Of a DNA stretch of 64,000 bases, positions 1 through 9,932 are shown in pieces. The stretch is taken from positions 3,038-67,037 of the forward strand of contig DYGD01000002.1 in assembly GCA_020724885.1 (NCBI GenBank). Reading direction: 5' to 3'. Below the pieces are notes generated by a model. The model ran no database searches. It saw nothing but the letters and a program-made list of their open reading frames with translations, and was not told the origin of the DNA. The translations under genes were made by a program, and so were the position numbers. The stretch is from Candidatus Paceibacter sp. Lineage in GTDB: Bacteria; Patescibacteriota; Minisyncoccia; Phycocordibacterales; BOKC01. Positions within the stretch are counted from its first letter, which is position 1, and each line of letters opens with the position of its first letter.

Positions 1-1135
1 TCCCCGATAAGAACAATTAATTCTCTGTGTCGCCACGGAGGTCGGACTATATCATTACCTCACTTTGAACTGTCGCAAAGAATACACTCTCGCAGGCGCC
101 TCATAAGACTCAATGGGTTGTTTGAGAAGCGCTTGCTTTTCAATAGAGGGCCAGAATTTAGACGTGTGCGTTATTTGCACACCGTCTATAAATCCGACAC
201 ACTCGTGAAATCTGCGTATATCTTTCTCGGTTTCTATTTTTACTTTGCCATCCCTTGTCACATTCCGAGCTGTGATGCCCAAAACGCGCAAAAGTTCGGC
301 ATATTCTTTCCGCAGCTGCGGATGTGCACACGCAAGGTACACGCCGCGAATCACCCATTGGGTACCGCCATTCGTGCCTTTACGTCGCGCAACGTAGAGA
401 TTCACTCCTCCGTCGCAACTGAATGCTGCTTTCAGGAAATCTGACGCAACGTCGTGTTGCAGAAGTTCCTGAATCGGCAGATGAGCATCGGTGTGCTCGC
501 CGTTGCGACGCAAAGTCCGGAATGTCCCGAACCTTTTTGTGAATGCGTCTCTCGCTTCTTTAGAATTGACGATTGCGCGATAAAGTCCGTCGCTGGTTTT
601 GCCAAGACGAACGCGAGACGCCGGCAGTGCGAAACACTGCATCATGCATTCTCGGAATATCGCGACGAGTCGCTCCGATTTATTGCTGAAGTAGAACCGC
701 CAACTGCTTTTGCCTTTCGGTGAAAGACAGCCATCGGTATATAGAAGCCCGATTAATATTGCTGTTGCTTGATTCATTGTGAGGTATTCGGCGTATAGTC
801 TCTGAGGATCCTCTTATATGCTAGATAATGTGGGGAACCGGTGTTCCCCAAAAGGTCAGGTTCGGGGCTGATTGATTTTACAGCTACCCCGCAACGTCGG
901 TGAGGTGATCAACCCCTCACACATGGTCATCCCATAGCGCGATGCCCGCACGCCTTGCCATTTCGCTCTGCAGGAGCTACTTTGACTTTTTTACGAACCC
1001 GACCATTATCTAACACACAAAAGTTTCCTGCTGATTGTCCGCACCTGTAACATTTTCACTAACATAATAATTATATCATGTTTAGTAGTTCAGGATTCTC
1101 GGATGTTCCAGCATATAGCCGAATTTACACTCTGA
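1..1135 (-). mobile_element. Intron-like insertion in 16S rRNA (probably group I) carrying a LAGLIDADG ORF; extends past window start
   Basis: 16S homology ends at ~1136. Downstream sequence is not rRNA-like and contains an HE ORF; 3' boundary not in window. Confidence 0.6.
55..777 (-). CDS. LAGLIDADG homing endonuclease (double-motif), intron-encoded in 16S
   Basis: Motifs LIGLLYTDGCL and LKAAFSCDGGV. GC-rich relative to the surrounding genome. Confidence 0.8.
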   Translation of the reverse strand: MNQATAILIGLLYTDGCLSPKGKSSWRFYFSNKSERLVAIFRECMMQCFALPASRVRLGKTSDGLYRAIVNSKEARDAFTKRFGTFRTLRRNGEHTDAHLPIQELLQHDVASDFLKAAFSCDGGVNLYVARRKGTNGGTQWVIRGVYLACAHPQLRKEYAELLRVLGITARNVTRDGKVKIETEKDIRRFHECVGFIDGVQITHTSKFWPSIEKQALLKQPIESYEAPARVYSLRQFKVR

Positions 1136-2210
1136 TGTCGCCATCAGAGGGGACCAGATGCTTGATCCCGTTCGCTACCCACGCTTTCGTGTCTCAGCGT
1201 CAGGAATGCGCCAGTGTACTGCCTTCGCATTTGGTGTTCCCCTAGATATCAACGGATTTCACCCCTACACCTAGAGTTCCGTACACCTCTCGCACCCTCT
1301 AGTCCTGCCGTTTCTCCCGCGCATCTTCGGTTAAGCCGAAGGATTTTACAGGAGACTAACAGAACCGCCTACACACCCTTTACGCCCAATAATTCCGGAT
1401 AACGCTTGGGGCCTCTGTATTACCGCTACTGCTGGCACAGAGTTAGTAGCCCCTTATTCTTCGGGTACTATCAATAAACTTTCTCCCCGACAAAAGGTTT
1501 TTACGTCCCTAAGGACTTCATCAACCACGCGGCGTCGCTCCGTCAGGCTTTCGCCCATTGCGGAAGATTCTCGACTGCGGCCTCCCGTAGGAGTATGGTC
1601 CGTGTCTCAGTACCATCGGTGGGGGTCAGGCTCTCACCTCCCCTAGCCGTCATCGCCTTGGTAGGCCGTTACCCTACCAACTAGCTGATAGCCCGCAGGC
1701 CGCTCCCATAGCGTTCGAAAACTTTGGTATTGCTACAACATCGGGGATTACCCCGCCTTTCGGCGAGCTATACCCGACTATGGGGTGCGTACCTACGTGT
1801 TACTACCTCGTCTGCCGGTTGCCCGTTACCGGGCCCCCTTGACTTGCATGCCTTATCCACGCCGCCAGCGTTCATCCTGAGCTAGGATCAAACTCTTAAT
1901 GAAAATGTTAGAAATTTCCGAAGGAAATTTATTTACATTTTCTTGACCCGCTTAAGTTTTCACGAAGTGAAAATTTTGGCGGGTAATATGTCCACCAAAC
2001 TTTTTGTTTGCACAAAAACTTAGGCGGACAAGAACGGAACAAAACAAAGGATAACATTACCGCGCTTGCGCGCGGAATTTTTAATTCCCAATTCCTAATT
2101 TCTAAATTTGTTCCTAGCTTTTTTGGAATTTTTTTGACTAAACTTGCACTTATTTTTTGAATACATTCTCTATTTTTTGAACATTTCAAATTGTCAAAGA
2201 ACACATCCGG

Positions 2211-2277
2211 TAGTGAGTTTTGGCATCAGTTGAGCGAAGCTCAACTATGTGCTAAAGCACAATGCCAAAATCTACTA
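2211..2277 (-). ncRNA. Structured stem-loop in 16S leader (tagtgagttttggcat ... atgccaaaatctacta) enclosing ttgagcGAAGctcaa hairpin; member of a recurrent hairpin family
   Basis: Inverted repeat read directly from sequence. Lies between the predicted 16S promoter and the mature 5' end. Shares the cacaatgccaaa core with elements at 16078..16221 and 18655..18797. Confidence 0.5.
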
Positions 2278-2309
2278 ACCGGACACACCCTCTTTAAAGA
2301 GGTGGTACT

Positions 2310-2337
2310 AGTATAGACGAAAGGAAATTTGTGTCAA
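2310..2337 (-). promoter_or_regulatory. Sigma70-like promoter for 16S rRNA (TTGACA - 16 nt - TATACT on minus strand)
   Basis: Reverse complement of 2332..2337 is TTGACA and of 2310..2315 is TATACT, with 16-nt spacing. Located ~400 nt upstream of the 16S 5' end on the same strand. Confidence 0.55.
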
Positions 2338-2346
2338 CCCCGACCG

Positions 2347-2371
2347 TGCCGCAAGGCGGCACGGCAAACTC
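2347..2371 (-). terminator. GC hairpin (gtgccgc AAG gcggcac) upstream of 16S promoter, within secF-16S intergenic
   Basis: 9-bp perfect stem seen in sequence; role as terminator of secDF transcription is inferred. Confidence 0.3.
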
Positions 2372-2826
2372 TAAATTCTAATCTCTAAACTCTAAACAAG
2401 TTCAAAGCTCAAAATTCAAAAAGAAAAAACCGCCTAGTTCGGAAGCTGGCGGTCGGGGTCGGAGGTATTTCCACATTCGAGACATCGGTCGGTAATTCCT
2501 CGCAGGTCGTAGCCGCAGGTGAGACAATGGCCAAGCTCTCTCCGACGTACCGTTTGCTAACGTTCTAATTCGAATGAGCAGACCAACGTGACTAAGAGTG
2601 TCGGAAACCCTTAGATTGAAATAAGGACTTGCGATGTCGTTAATTTAGTAAATTAGTAAAAAATATATCAACACTCTTACGACTCAAGATCCAAATGACG
2701 GAGATCGCACCTCCGTCATTTTATAAAATTTAGAAAAGATCTTTCCCCGAAAGCACTTTTTCGCTTTTAGCGAAAAATGCTCGGGCAAGCAATTTTTGCT
2801 ATGCAAAAATTGCTTTAGCCTAAACC

Positions 2827-3756
2827 CTAGTGGCTAGCTTTCTTCCCCATCACCACCAGAAGCGGGCTGGCCAAGAAAATAGAAGAATAAGTTCCGGCAA
2901 TAACGCCAACCATCAAAACCAGGGCAAAATTCCTGGTTACTTCGCCACCAATAAAATAAAGCATCACTAGAACCAGAAAAGTGGTTAGAGAGGTGTTTAT
3001 GGACCTAACGAATGTCTGACCCAAGCTCCGGCCAACTGTTTCCCCAAAATTCTCTTTTGTATGAAGTTCTTGATTTTTTCTTAAATTTTCCCTAACCCTA
3101 TCAAAAACAATAATCGTATCATTGATAGAATAGCCCAAGATTGCCAAAAGCGCCATAACAAACAAGGCGTCAACTTCAGCGCCAATCAAAAACCCCATGA
3201 CTGCAAATATCCCGACCGGAATTATTATATCGTGAGCCAGAGCCAAAATCGCCACCAGACCGTAAATCCAAGAAGAAACAGGTTTGGAAACCGTTCTAAA
3301 AGAAAACGCGATAAAGAGGATTATAGCGATCAACGACAACCCTATGGCAATCCATGCCTTTTTTTTCAACTCCTCGCCGACAATCGGACCGACAAAGTTA
3401 AATCTCTCCTCAACCGCCTCAAACCTACCACCCAAAGACATCGCTTCAAGCAAAACTTCTTTGCCCTTTTCGTCAATCGGAGGAGTTCTCAGGATAAAAC
3501 TTCCATGATCGGAAGACCTCAAGCTGAATTCTCCGATATTCCGTTCCCTTAAAGCCAACCTCAACTCATCAAAACTCGGTGTCTCGCCAACAAAACTTAC
3601 TTCCAATAAAGACCCGCCTCGGAAATCAATTCCAAAATTAAGCCCAAAGTAGATGACAGAAAAGACAGAGGCCAGAACAGCAATCATCGAAATCAAGAAG
3701 AATATTTTTTTGTATTTTATGACAAACATATTTTTACATCCTAGGCCCGCTACCAA
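2827..3756 (-). CDS. secF: Protein-export membrane protein SecF
   Basis: GIDFRGGSLLEVSF motif, multi-TM, follows secD. Confidence 0.9.
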   Translation of the reverse strand: MVAGLGCKNMFVIKYKKIFFLISMIAVLASVFSVIYFGLNFGIDFRGGSLLEVSFVGETPSFDELRLALRERNIGEFSLRSSDHGSFILRTPPIDEKGKEVLLEAMSLGGRFEAVEERFNFVGPIVGEELKKKAWIAIGLSLIAIILFIAFSFRTVSKPVSSWIYGLVAILALAHDIIIPVGIFAVMGFLIGAEVDALFVMALLAILGYSINDTIIVFDRVRENLRKNQELHTKENFGETVGRSLGQTFVRSINTSLTTFLVLVMLYFIGGEVTRNFALVLMVGVIAGTYSSIFLASPLLVVMGKKASH

Positions 3757-5017
3757 ACAAAAAATTTCCTTTTGTTTTTTCGCTTACAACTGAAAGCAGA
3801 AAAGTCCTAGTTACAAGAATGGCTGAAAGCATACTTACTAAAACCCCGATTCCAAAAATCAAAGCGAATCCCTTAATCAGTGAACTGCCAAACCAAAAAA
3901 GAATAATAGCGATAATAACGCTAGAAATATTGCTGTCACGAATTGAAAACCACGCCCTCTTGAATCCTGATTTGATTGAATCACCCAAATTTTTGCCGGC
4001 TTTTAATTCCTCCTTCATCCTCTCGAATATTAAAATGTTTGCGTCAACCGCCATGCCAATGGAAAGAATAAAACCGGCGATACCGGCCGCCGTTATAGTA
4101 ACCGGAATAAACTTAAACAAAGCCAGCATTACTAAAACATAGACAGACAAAGCCAAAATAGCCAAAACTCCAGGTAAGCGATACCAAAAAATGAGAAACG
4201 CGACGACCAAAACAAATCCCCAAAAAGCCGCCTGGACACCGTCTTGGAGGATTTTTTCTCCAAGCGATGGTCCGACACTTTGAGTTGAAACAAGCTCAAT
4301 CGGCACCGGCAAAGCCCCAAAATTCAAATCCCTGACTAATTCCCTAGCTTCTATCGGCGTAAAACCGCCAGAAATTTGGGCTCGCCCATCTCTAATTTCT
4401 TCCCTGATAACTGGCGCTGAAATCACCTCCCCATCAAGGAAAATCGCCAGAATCCGTCCCACATTTTCTTTCGTAATTTTGGAGAACAATTCTCTCCCCT
4501 CCGGATTAAAGGACAGAAGTACCACAGGATCATTTTTGACTTGATCAAAATCCAGAGTTGATCTTTCTAAAAGCCGACCCGTCAAACCGGTATCTTCAAA
4601 GATAATTTCTCCCGAATCCTCCAGGGTGCCCACCGGCGCTAGTTTAAATTCCAGAAGCGGGGTCCTACCGATCATCGCTACCGCTTCTTTTAAGTCAGTA
4701 ACCCCGGGTAATTCCACGATTAATCTCTCGGACTCGCCAACCAAACCACCACTTTCAACTTGGACTATTGGTTCCGAAACACCGAAAATGTTCACCCGCC
4801 GCTCAATTACCTCACGCAAAGAATTCATGGCCCCAGAAATCTCACCTCTTTCCAAACCAGTAGTATCCGCCTCAAAAACCAAATGACTGCCACCGCTAAG
4901 ATCCAAACCATATCTGAAAGGAAATTGAGAATGTTCTGTCTCTGTGCGCTGCACAAAAAGCAGAATTATAACTGCCAAAATTACAATAAAAACCGCTGAG
5001 ATTCGGTACTTCAACAT
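3734..5017 (-). CDS. secD: Protein-export membrane protein SecD
   Basis: GLDLSGGSHLVFEAD motif, periplasmic domain plus 6 TM C-terminal, overlaps secF start. Confidence 0.9.
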   Translation of the reverse strand: MLKYRISAVFIVILAVIILLFVQRTETEHSQFPFRYGLDLSGGSHLVFEADTTGLERGEISGAMNSLREVIERRVNIFGVSEPIVQVESGGLVGESERLIVELPGVTDLKEAVAMIGRTPLLEFKLAPVGTLEDSGEIIFEDTGLTGRLLERSTLDFDQVKNDPVVLLSFNPEGRELFSKITKENVGRILAIFLDGEVISAPVIREEIRDGRAQISGGFTPIEARELVRDLNFGALPVPIELVSTQSVGPSLGEKILQDGVQAAFWGFVLVVAFLIFWYRLPGVLAILALSVYVLVMLALFKFIPVTITAAGIAGFILSIGMAVDANILIFERMKEELKAGKNLGDSIKSGFKRAWFSIRDSNISSVIIAIILFWFGSSLIKGFALIFGIGVLVSMLSAILVTRTFLLSVVSEKTKGNFLFGSGPRM

Positions 5018-5069
5018 AAAGTTAGAGGTACTTATAGCATAACCGAGATTAAATCACAAATTTTTTTAA

Positions 5070-5969
5070 TTACAAATACGCCCTCTTCAGCTCTTCAATC
5101 GCTTCCTCCATCTTAACTTCTGGAGACCAGCCCAAAAGCTCAAACGCCCTGGAATTGTCGGCCAAGGTATCATGCGGTTCAAGTCTGGGTGGAATATATT
5201 CCGTCGGTCCACCAATAAACTCAGCAATCTTATTTATAGAAAAATTTCTACCCGACCCAATATTCAAAACTTCTCCTTGTCCGACCTTTTGACTTTCCAC
5301 GGCTAAGAGGTTAGCTCTGACAACATCATTTACATGGGTAAAATCTCTAGTTTGAGTGCCATCACCGGTAATTGTCATAGGTTTGCCTTCTTGACGCTGT
5401 TTCAAAAACCTCGCGATAACTAAAGCGTAGGCGCCCTCTAAACTAGCCCTAGTACCATAGACGTTAAAATATCTTAAAGAAACGGTCTGCAGACCATAAA
5501 CTGAACTCCAGAGCTGACAATAAAGCTCACCTACATATTTTTGCAAACCATAAGGGCTTTTGGGGCTCGCCGACATTTCTTCCTTGAGTGGCATCACCGG
5601 CTGATCGCCGTAAACCGAACTGGAAGCGGAATACACAAACCTCTCCACTCCAGCATCTTTTGAAGCTACCAGGACATTTAAAGTCCCGCCAGCATTTACC
5701 TCGTTTGTCTCCACCGGGTTTTCGATTGAGTATTGAACCCTTGGTCGAGCCGCTAGGTGAAAAACATATTTAGCGCCAACAAAAATGGACCTGATTGATT
5801 CTAAATCGCGAATATCCAATTTATGAAAGATGGCCTTAGGATTCAAATTTTCTTTTTTACCGCCAGAAAGGTCATCAATGACATTAACTTCAAATCCCCT
5901 ATCTATAAGAGCATCCACTAAATGAGAACCGATAAATCCGGCGCCGCCGGTAACCACTGCTTTCTTCAT
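5070..5969 (-). CDS. NAD-dependent epimerase/dehydratase (UDP-sugar 4-epimerase-like)
   Basis: N-terminal GGAGFIGSHLVDAL Rossmann motif, YxxxK-type SDR extended family. Confidence 0.8.
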   Translation of the reverse strand: MKKAVVTGGAGFIGSHLVDALIDRGFEVNVIDDLSGGKKENLNPKAIFHKLDIRDLESIRSIFVGAKYVFHLAARPRVQYSIENPVETNEVNAGGTLNVLVASKDAGVERFVYSASSSVYGDQPVMPLKEEMSASPKSPYGLQKYVGELYCQLWSSVYGLQTVSLRYFNVYGTRASLEGAYALVIARFLKQRQEGKPMTITGDGTQTRDFTHVNDVVRANLLAVESQKVGQGEVLNIGSGRNFSINKIAEFIGGPTEYIPPRLEPHDTLADNSRAFELLGWSPEVKMEEAIEELKRAYL

Positions 5970-5995
5970 TTTATTTTTTCTTTAATTAAAAAATT

Positions 5996-7321
5996 CTACA
6001 CGCCGTTCGTTATCACTAACGCCTTTAGTGTCTTGAGGCCGATTTTTAAATCAAGCATCAAAGACCGATTCTTGATGTAGTAGAGATCGTAGGAAAGCTT
6101 CGTTTTGGTCTCATCGTAGTTTGGGTCAAACTTCGGCGGATTACGTTGATACAGCTGGGCCCAGCCGGAAAGCCCGGGTTTTATAATATGACGGACATTA
6201 TAATAAGGGACTTTCTTCTCATAAAGTCCAGCAATCTCCGGAATCTCCGGTCTAGGACCTATTAGTGACAAATCACCCTTCAACACATTCCACAATTGGG
6301 GAAGTTCGTCAATTCTTGTCCGCCGTATTAATTTACCGACCATAGTGATTCTTTTGGGTTCTGCGACTGTCATTGACCTGAATTTTACAACCTTAAAAAT
6401 TTTATTGTTTCGACCAACCCTGTTCTGGACAAAAAATAAAGGTCCGCCATCATCCAGCTTGATAGCGATAAAAACAAACGGATAAAATATAAGCGAAAAT
6501 ATACCCAAGGGTAGCGTCGAAACTATATCTATCGTCCTCTTCAAAAAATCAAAAGTTGAGCTGTGGGTCTTTGATATATTTTCAAGAAACCAGTTGTATC
6601 TTAGGAGCGAAAGCGGCACCCGATCAAAAATATCTTCGTAAATTTTATGCATATCTATAAACCTGACTTTCGAAAAAATAAGATTGTAAAAATGGGACAG
6701 GATCGGCTCAACCTTCTCGCTTCTCAAATCAATCGCAATAACTGAAATCTCTTCGGAATAAATTGTCTTCAAAACCTCTTCTTTAAAATCTAAACCCTCA
6801 ATTTCATCCAAATCAACTGACGAAATAAATTGGATCCCATAACGATTATTACTGTTAACCTCTGACCTGAGCTCTTTCATCTCCTCGCCACTACCAACAA
6901 TCATCGCTTTCTGCCTCTTTTGCGGGGTGAAAAAATTCTGCCCCCTCACTCTCCAAAAAAGAATCATAAGAAAAGAAACCGCCAAGTAGATGAACAGGTT
7001 GGTCTTCGGAGTGATGCCAAAGTATGGTATGAAATAAAAGAAGACGATGGCAATTAGAGTATTGATGATTTGGGCATTCAGAATCATACTGGGAAGCCGA
7101 CTCTGGAAAATCAAAGTATGCTTCTCATACAAACCAGCAATAAAGAAAACCAGTAGCCAAACGGCAAAAAGTATGGAAAATGGCTCCAAGTGGTTTAATA
7201 ACAGCTCCCTATTAGGCAGGCCTTGAGACCGAATTAGAAGCATTAGCCAAAGAGAAACTAGGAATATAAAAAGATCCCCCGCGAATAGAAAAAAAGCGTC
7301 TCTTTTACCAAAAAAAGCCAT
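5996..7321 (-). CDS. Polyprenyl-phosphate sugar phosphotransferase (WbaP/WcaJ-like bacterial sugar transferase)
   Basis: N-terminal TM segments; C-terminal ELPQLWNVLKGDLSLIGPRPE sugar-transferase signature. Confidence 0.8.
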   Translation of the reverse strand: MAFFGKRDAFFLFAGDLFIFLVSLWLMLLIRSQGLPNRELLLNHLEPFSILFAVWLLVFFIAGLYEKHTLIFQSRLPSMILNAQIINTLIAIVFFYFIPYFGITPKTNLFIYLAVSFLMILFWRVRGQNFFTPQKRQKAMIVGSGEEMKELRSEVNSNNRYGIQFISSVDLDEIEGLDFKEEVLKTIYSEEISVIAIDLRSEKVEPILSHFYNLIFSKVRFIDMHKIYEDIFDRVPLSLLRYNWFLENISKTHSSTFDFLKRTIDIVSTLPLGIFSLIFYPFVFIAIKLDDGGPLFFVQNRVGRNNKIFKVVKFRSMTVAEPKRITMVGKLIRRTRIDELPQLWNVLKGDLSLIGPRPEIPEIAGLYEKKVPYYNVRHIIKPGLSGWAQLYQRNPPKFDPNYDETKTKLSYDLYYIKNRSLMLDLKIGLKTLKALVITNGV

Positions 7322-7380
7322 ATATTTATAACTATAGTAGAAAAAAGCCCCGAATTGTCAAATATGCTAGGATAAAAGCA

Positions 7381-8574
7381 ATGGTGAACAAAAAAATCCT
7401 ATATATAATCACTAAAGCTGAACCATTCGGCGGCGCCCAGAGATATGTTTTTGATTTGGCAACTAATTTGCCAAAAGAACAATTTCAAGCGGTGGTAACT
7501 TTAGGAGAAGGCAAAACCTTAGAAGAAAAATTACAGAAAGAGGGGGTCAGAACAATCCACCTTAAAAACTCTCAAAGAAACATCAGCCCCCTCAAGGACT
7601 TTTTGCTCTTTTTTGAACTGCTGAAAATTTATAGACGAGAAAAGCCGGATGTTATCCACCTCAACAGCTCCAAAGTCGGTTTCCTCGGCTCCCTCGCCGC
7701 CCAAACTTATTCCCTATACCCTAAACCCCATACCCTAAACCCTAAAATAATTTTCACCGCTCATGGCTGGGCTTTCAACGACAGCCGATTTTTTTTGTCA
7801 AAAATATTCTGGAAATTTCTGCAGTGGCTAACCGTACTTTTAGCTGACCAAACAATCGCGGTTTCAGAAAAAACTAAAAATAATATGAACTGGTCTGGAG
7901 CGAGCGATAAAATCAAAGTTGTTTATAACGGTCTGCCCTCCTTGAATTTTTTGGAAAAAACAGAAGCGCGAATCGAGTTGTCTAAGAAAGACAGACGGTT
8001 AGAAAATATTCCGAAAGACAAAATCTGGATTGGAACAGTTTCCGAATTGCACAGAAACAAAGGCCTGGATTTAATGATTGAGGCATTATCAAAAATCAAA
8101 AACGAGAAGGCCAATTGGGTGTTTATAGTCTGTGGCGAAGGTGAAGAACGAGAGAAGTTAAACCAATTAATTCACCAAAAAGAAATGGGGAGCAAAATTT
8201 TTTTGGTCGGTTTGGTTAAAAATGCCGCCACCTATCTGAAAGCCCTTGATATTTTTACCCTGACTTCGCGAACGGAAGGCCTGCCTTATGCTCTCTTGGA
8301 GGCGGGAGCGGCCGGTCTACCGACAATTGCTTCCAACGTCGGTGGCATACCGGAAGTCATACAGCATGGTAAAAACGGGCTACTTTTTGAAAGAGAAGAT
8401 GTGGGCGAGCTAAAGAGGCAACTAGAAGACACCCTCGGAGATGAAGGAAGAGTGAGTCTTTTCGGAGCCAGTTTGCAAAAAAGTATAGCGGAGAAATTTT
8501 GTCTAGGTAATATGTTAAAATTAACAGAAAGTATTTATTGCTTTAAACACCCACAAAATGGAAGAGGAAAATAA
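7381..8574 (+). CDS. Glycosyltransferase family 4 (GT-B)
   Basis: EGLPYALLEAGAAGLPTIASNVGGIPEV motif typical of GT4. Confidence 0.8.
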   Translation: MVNKKILYIITKAEPFGGAQRYVFDLATNLPKEQFQAVVTLGEGKTLEEKLQKEGVRTIHLKNSQRNISPLKDFLLFFELLKIYRREKPDVIHLNSSKVGFLGSLAAQTYSLYPKPHTLNPKIIFTAHGWAFNDSRFFLSKIFWKFLQWLTVLLADQTIAVSEKTKNNMNWSGASDKIKVVYNGLPSLNFLEKTEARIELSKKDRRLENIPKDKIWIGTVSELHRNKGLDLMIEALSKIKNEKANWVFIVCGEGEEREKLNQLIHQKEMGSKIFLVGLVKNAATYLKALDIFTLTSRTEGLPYALLEAGAAGLPTIASNVGGIPEVIQHGKNGLLFEREDVGELKRQLEDTLGDEGRVSLFGASLQKSIAEKFCLGNMLKLTESIYCFKHPQNGRGK

Positions 8575-8764
8575 AGTTGAATTCTTGGAAGAAGAGGAAA
8601 TAATAAACGAAAAAAGAGGAGTCAGAAAAGCGGCTAGCGCTATGGCTGCGTGGCTTATAAAAAAAAGGATTGCAAGGGATGAAAAGACGGCCAACAAAAT
8701 CTTAGTCGCGATAATAATCGCCGCTTTTTTACTAACCGGTTACATACTGATAAAACAATTCTAA
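8558..8764 (+). CDS. Small hypothetical membrane protein (acidic N-term, one C-terminal TM)
   Basis: ORF only; weak RBS; overlaps GT4 stop. Confidence 0.3.
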   Translation: MEEENKVEFLEEEEIINEKRGVRKAASAMAAWLIKKRIARDEKTANKILVAIIIAAFLLTGYILIKQF

Positions 8765-8786
8765 GATGAAACGATCTAACCAGAAG

Positions 8787-9929
8787 TTATATTAAAACTC
8801 CCTCCTGCTTCTCGTCTTTGTGAAAAGTGCCTCGGTATTTTCTCATACCCATCAATATGCCCAGCGCCGAAAATTCTGCCAAGAGATGAGAGCCACCATA
8901 GCTGGTAAAAGGTAAGGTAATACCGGTAATCGGTAAGAGCCCGACATTTATCCCGACATGAACAGCAAAATGACTGATAAACCAAAAAGTTACTCCGGCG
9001 CCAAAAAGTATTTCAAAATTTGAAGAGCCATAAATCGAATTGCTGATAATCCTCCAAACCAAGACCAAAAAAACGACAGAAAATATCAAGACACCAAACA
9101 AACCCCATTCTTCAGCAAAAGCCGCGAAAATAAAATCGGTTTGGTATTCCGGCAAAAAACGCAAACGCGACTGGGTACCGAAACCAATCCCCTTTCCGAA
9201 CCACTGGCCACTACCGACAGCAATCATGGATTGCAAAGAATGATAGCCGGCGCCTTGGATATCAGCCAGTGGATTAAGAAAAGCGCTTAATCTTTGCTTC
9301 TGATAATCCGCCAGAACAAACACCCACAAAAAAGCAAAAGACAGAACTCCGGCAGTTAAGACCCCAAGAATGTGCTTTTTTGATATTCCCGAGACCATTA
9401 CCATACCAAACCAAACCAAGAAAATAATGATTGAAGAACCAAAATCCGGCTGAAGAAAAATTAAAAGAAACAAAACAAAGGCATAAAGTCCGGAAACCAA
9501 GATGTGCTTAAAGTGGGCAATTTCAATATGCCTTTTGGAAAAAAATTTAGCTAATACAATCACCAGAGCAAGCTTGGCAAAATCAGTCGGCTGAAACGAA
9601 AAAAAACCGAGATCAATCCAGCGCTCAGAACCTTTTACCGTCATACCCAAGAAAGCTAGAGACACGAGTAGCAAAAAGGCGAAAGAAAATATTGATATCG
9701 CAACCACACTCCTTCTTAGAAACCTCCAATCAACCAAGCTAAAAACAAAAAAAACAAGCAACGAGGCAGAAAGCCAGATAATTTGTCTAAAAAAAAACGG
9801 GCTTTCTTCGGAAAAAGAATGCATCGTTACTAATCCAGCGACAGAGAGAAGGAGGGCGGACAAAAGCAAAATCCAATCAATATCAAAAAAACCCCTTATT
9901 TTTGTGTAGACCAAATTAAAGGTCTTCAT
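8787..9929 (-). CDS. FtsW/RodA/SpoVE family peptidoglycan glycosyltransferase (SEDS)
   Basis: ~10 TM with the conserved C-terminal SEDS region. Confidence 0.8.
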   Translation of the reverse strand: MKTFNLVYTKIRGFFDIDWILLLSALLLSVAGLVTMHSFSEESPFFFRQIIWLSASLLVFFVFSLVDWRFLRRSVVAISIFSFAFLLLVSLAFLGMTVKGSERWIDLGFFSFQPTDFAKLALVIVLAKFFSKRHIEIAHFKHILVSGLYAFVLFLLIFLQPDFGSSIIIFLVWFGMVMVSGISKKHILGVLTAGVLSFAFLWVFVLADYQKQRLSAFLNPLADIQGAGYHSLQSMIAVGSGQWFGKGIGFGTQSRLRFLPEYQTDFIFAAFAEEWGLFGVLIFSVVFLVLVWRIISNSIYGSSNFEILFGAGVTFWFISHFAVHVGINVGLLPITGITLPFTSYGGSHLLAEFSALGILMGMRKYRGTFHKDEKQEGVLI

Positions 9930-9932
9930 ATT

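Larger units (their letters stand above)
1..1898 (-). rRNA. rrs: 16S rRNA, 5' part, interrupted by an intron; gene continues beyond window start
   Basis: Minus-strand matches to 16S landmarks: AGAGTTTGATCCTAGCTCAGG at ~1878-1898 (5' end), ACTCCTACGGGAGGC, and GTGCCAGCAGC (515 region) at ~1425-1440. Exon homology stops at ~1136 inside the conserved region around E. coli position 790 (a GGATTAGATACCC counterpart is absent). Confidence 0.85.

Noticed and set aside
118-723. Plus-strand ORFs 118..444 and 454..723
   Set aside because: Antisense to the GC-rich LAGLIDADG ORF 55..777.
2400-2830. tmRNA or RNase P RNA in the 16S upstream region
   Set aside because: No tRNA-like acceptor/T-arm ends and no P4 or GGAAAGUCCGG-type conserved blocks on either strand. 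The hairpins are better explained as leader or terminator structures.
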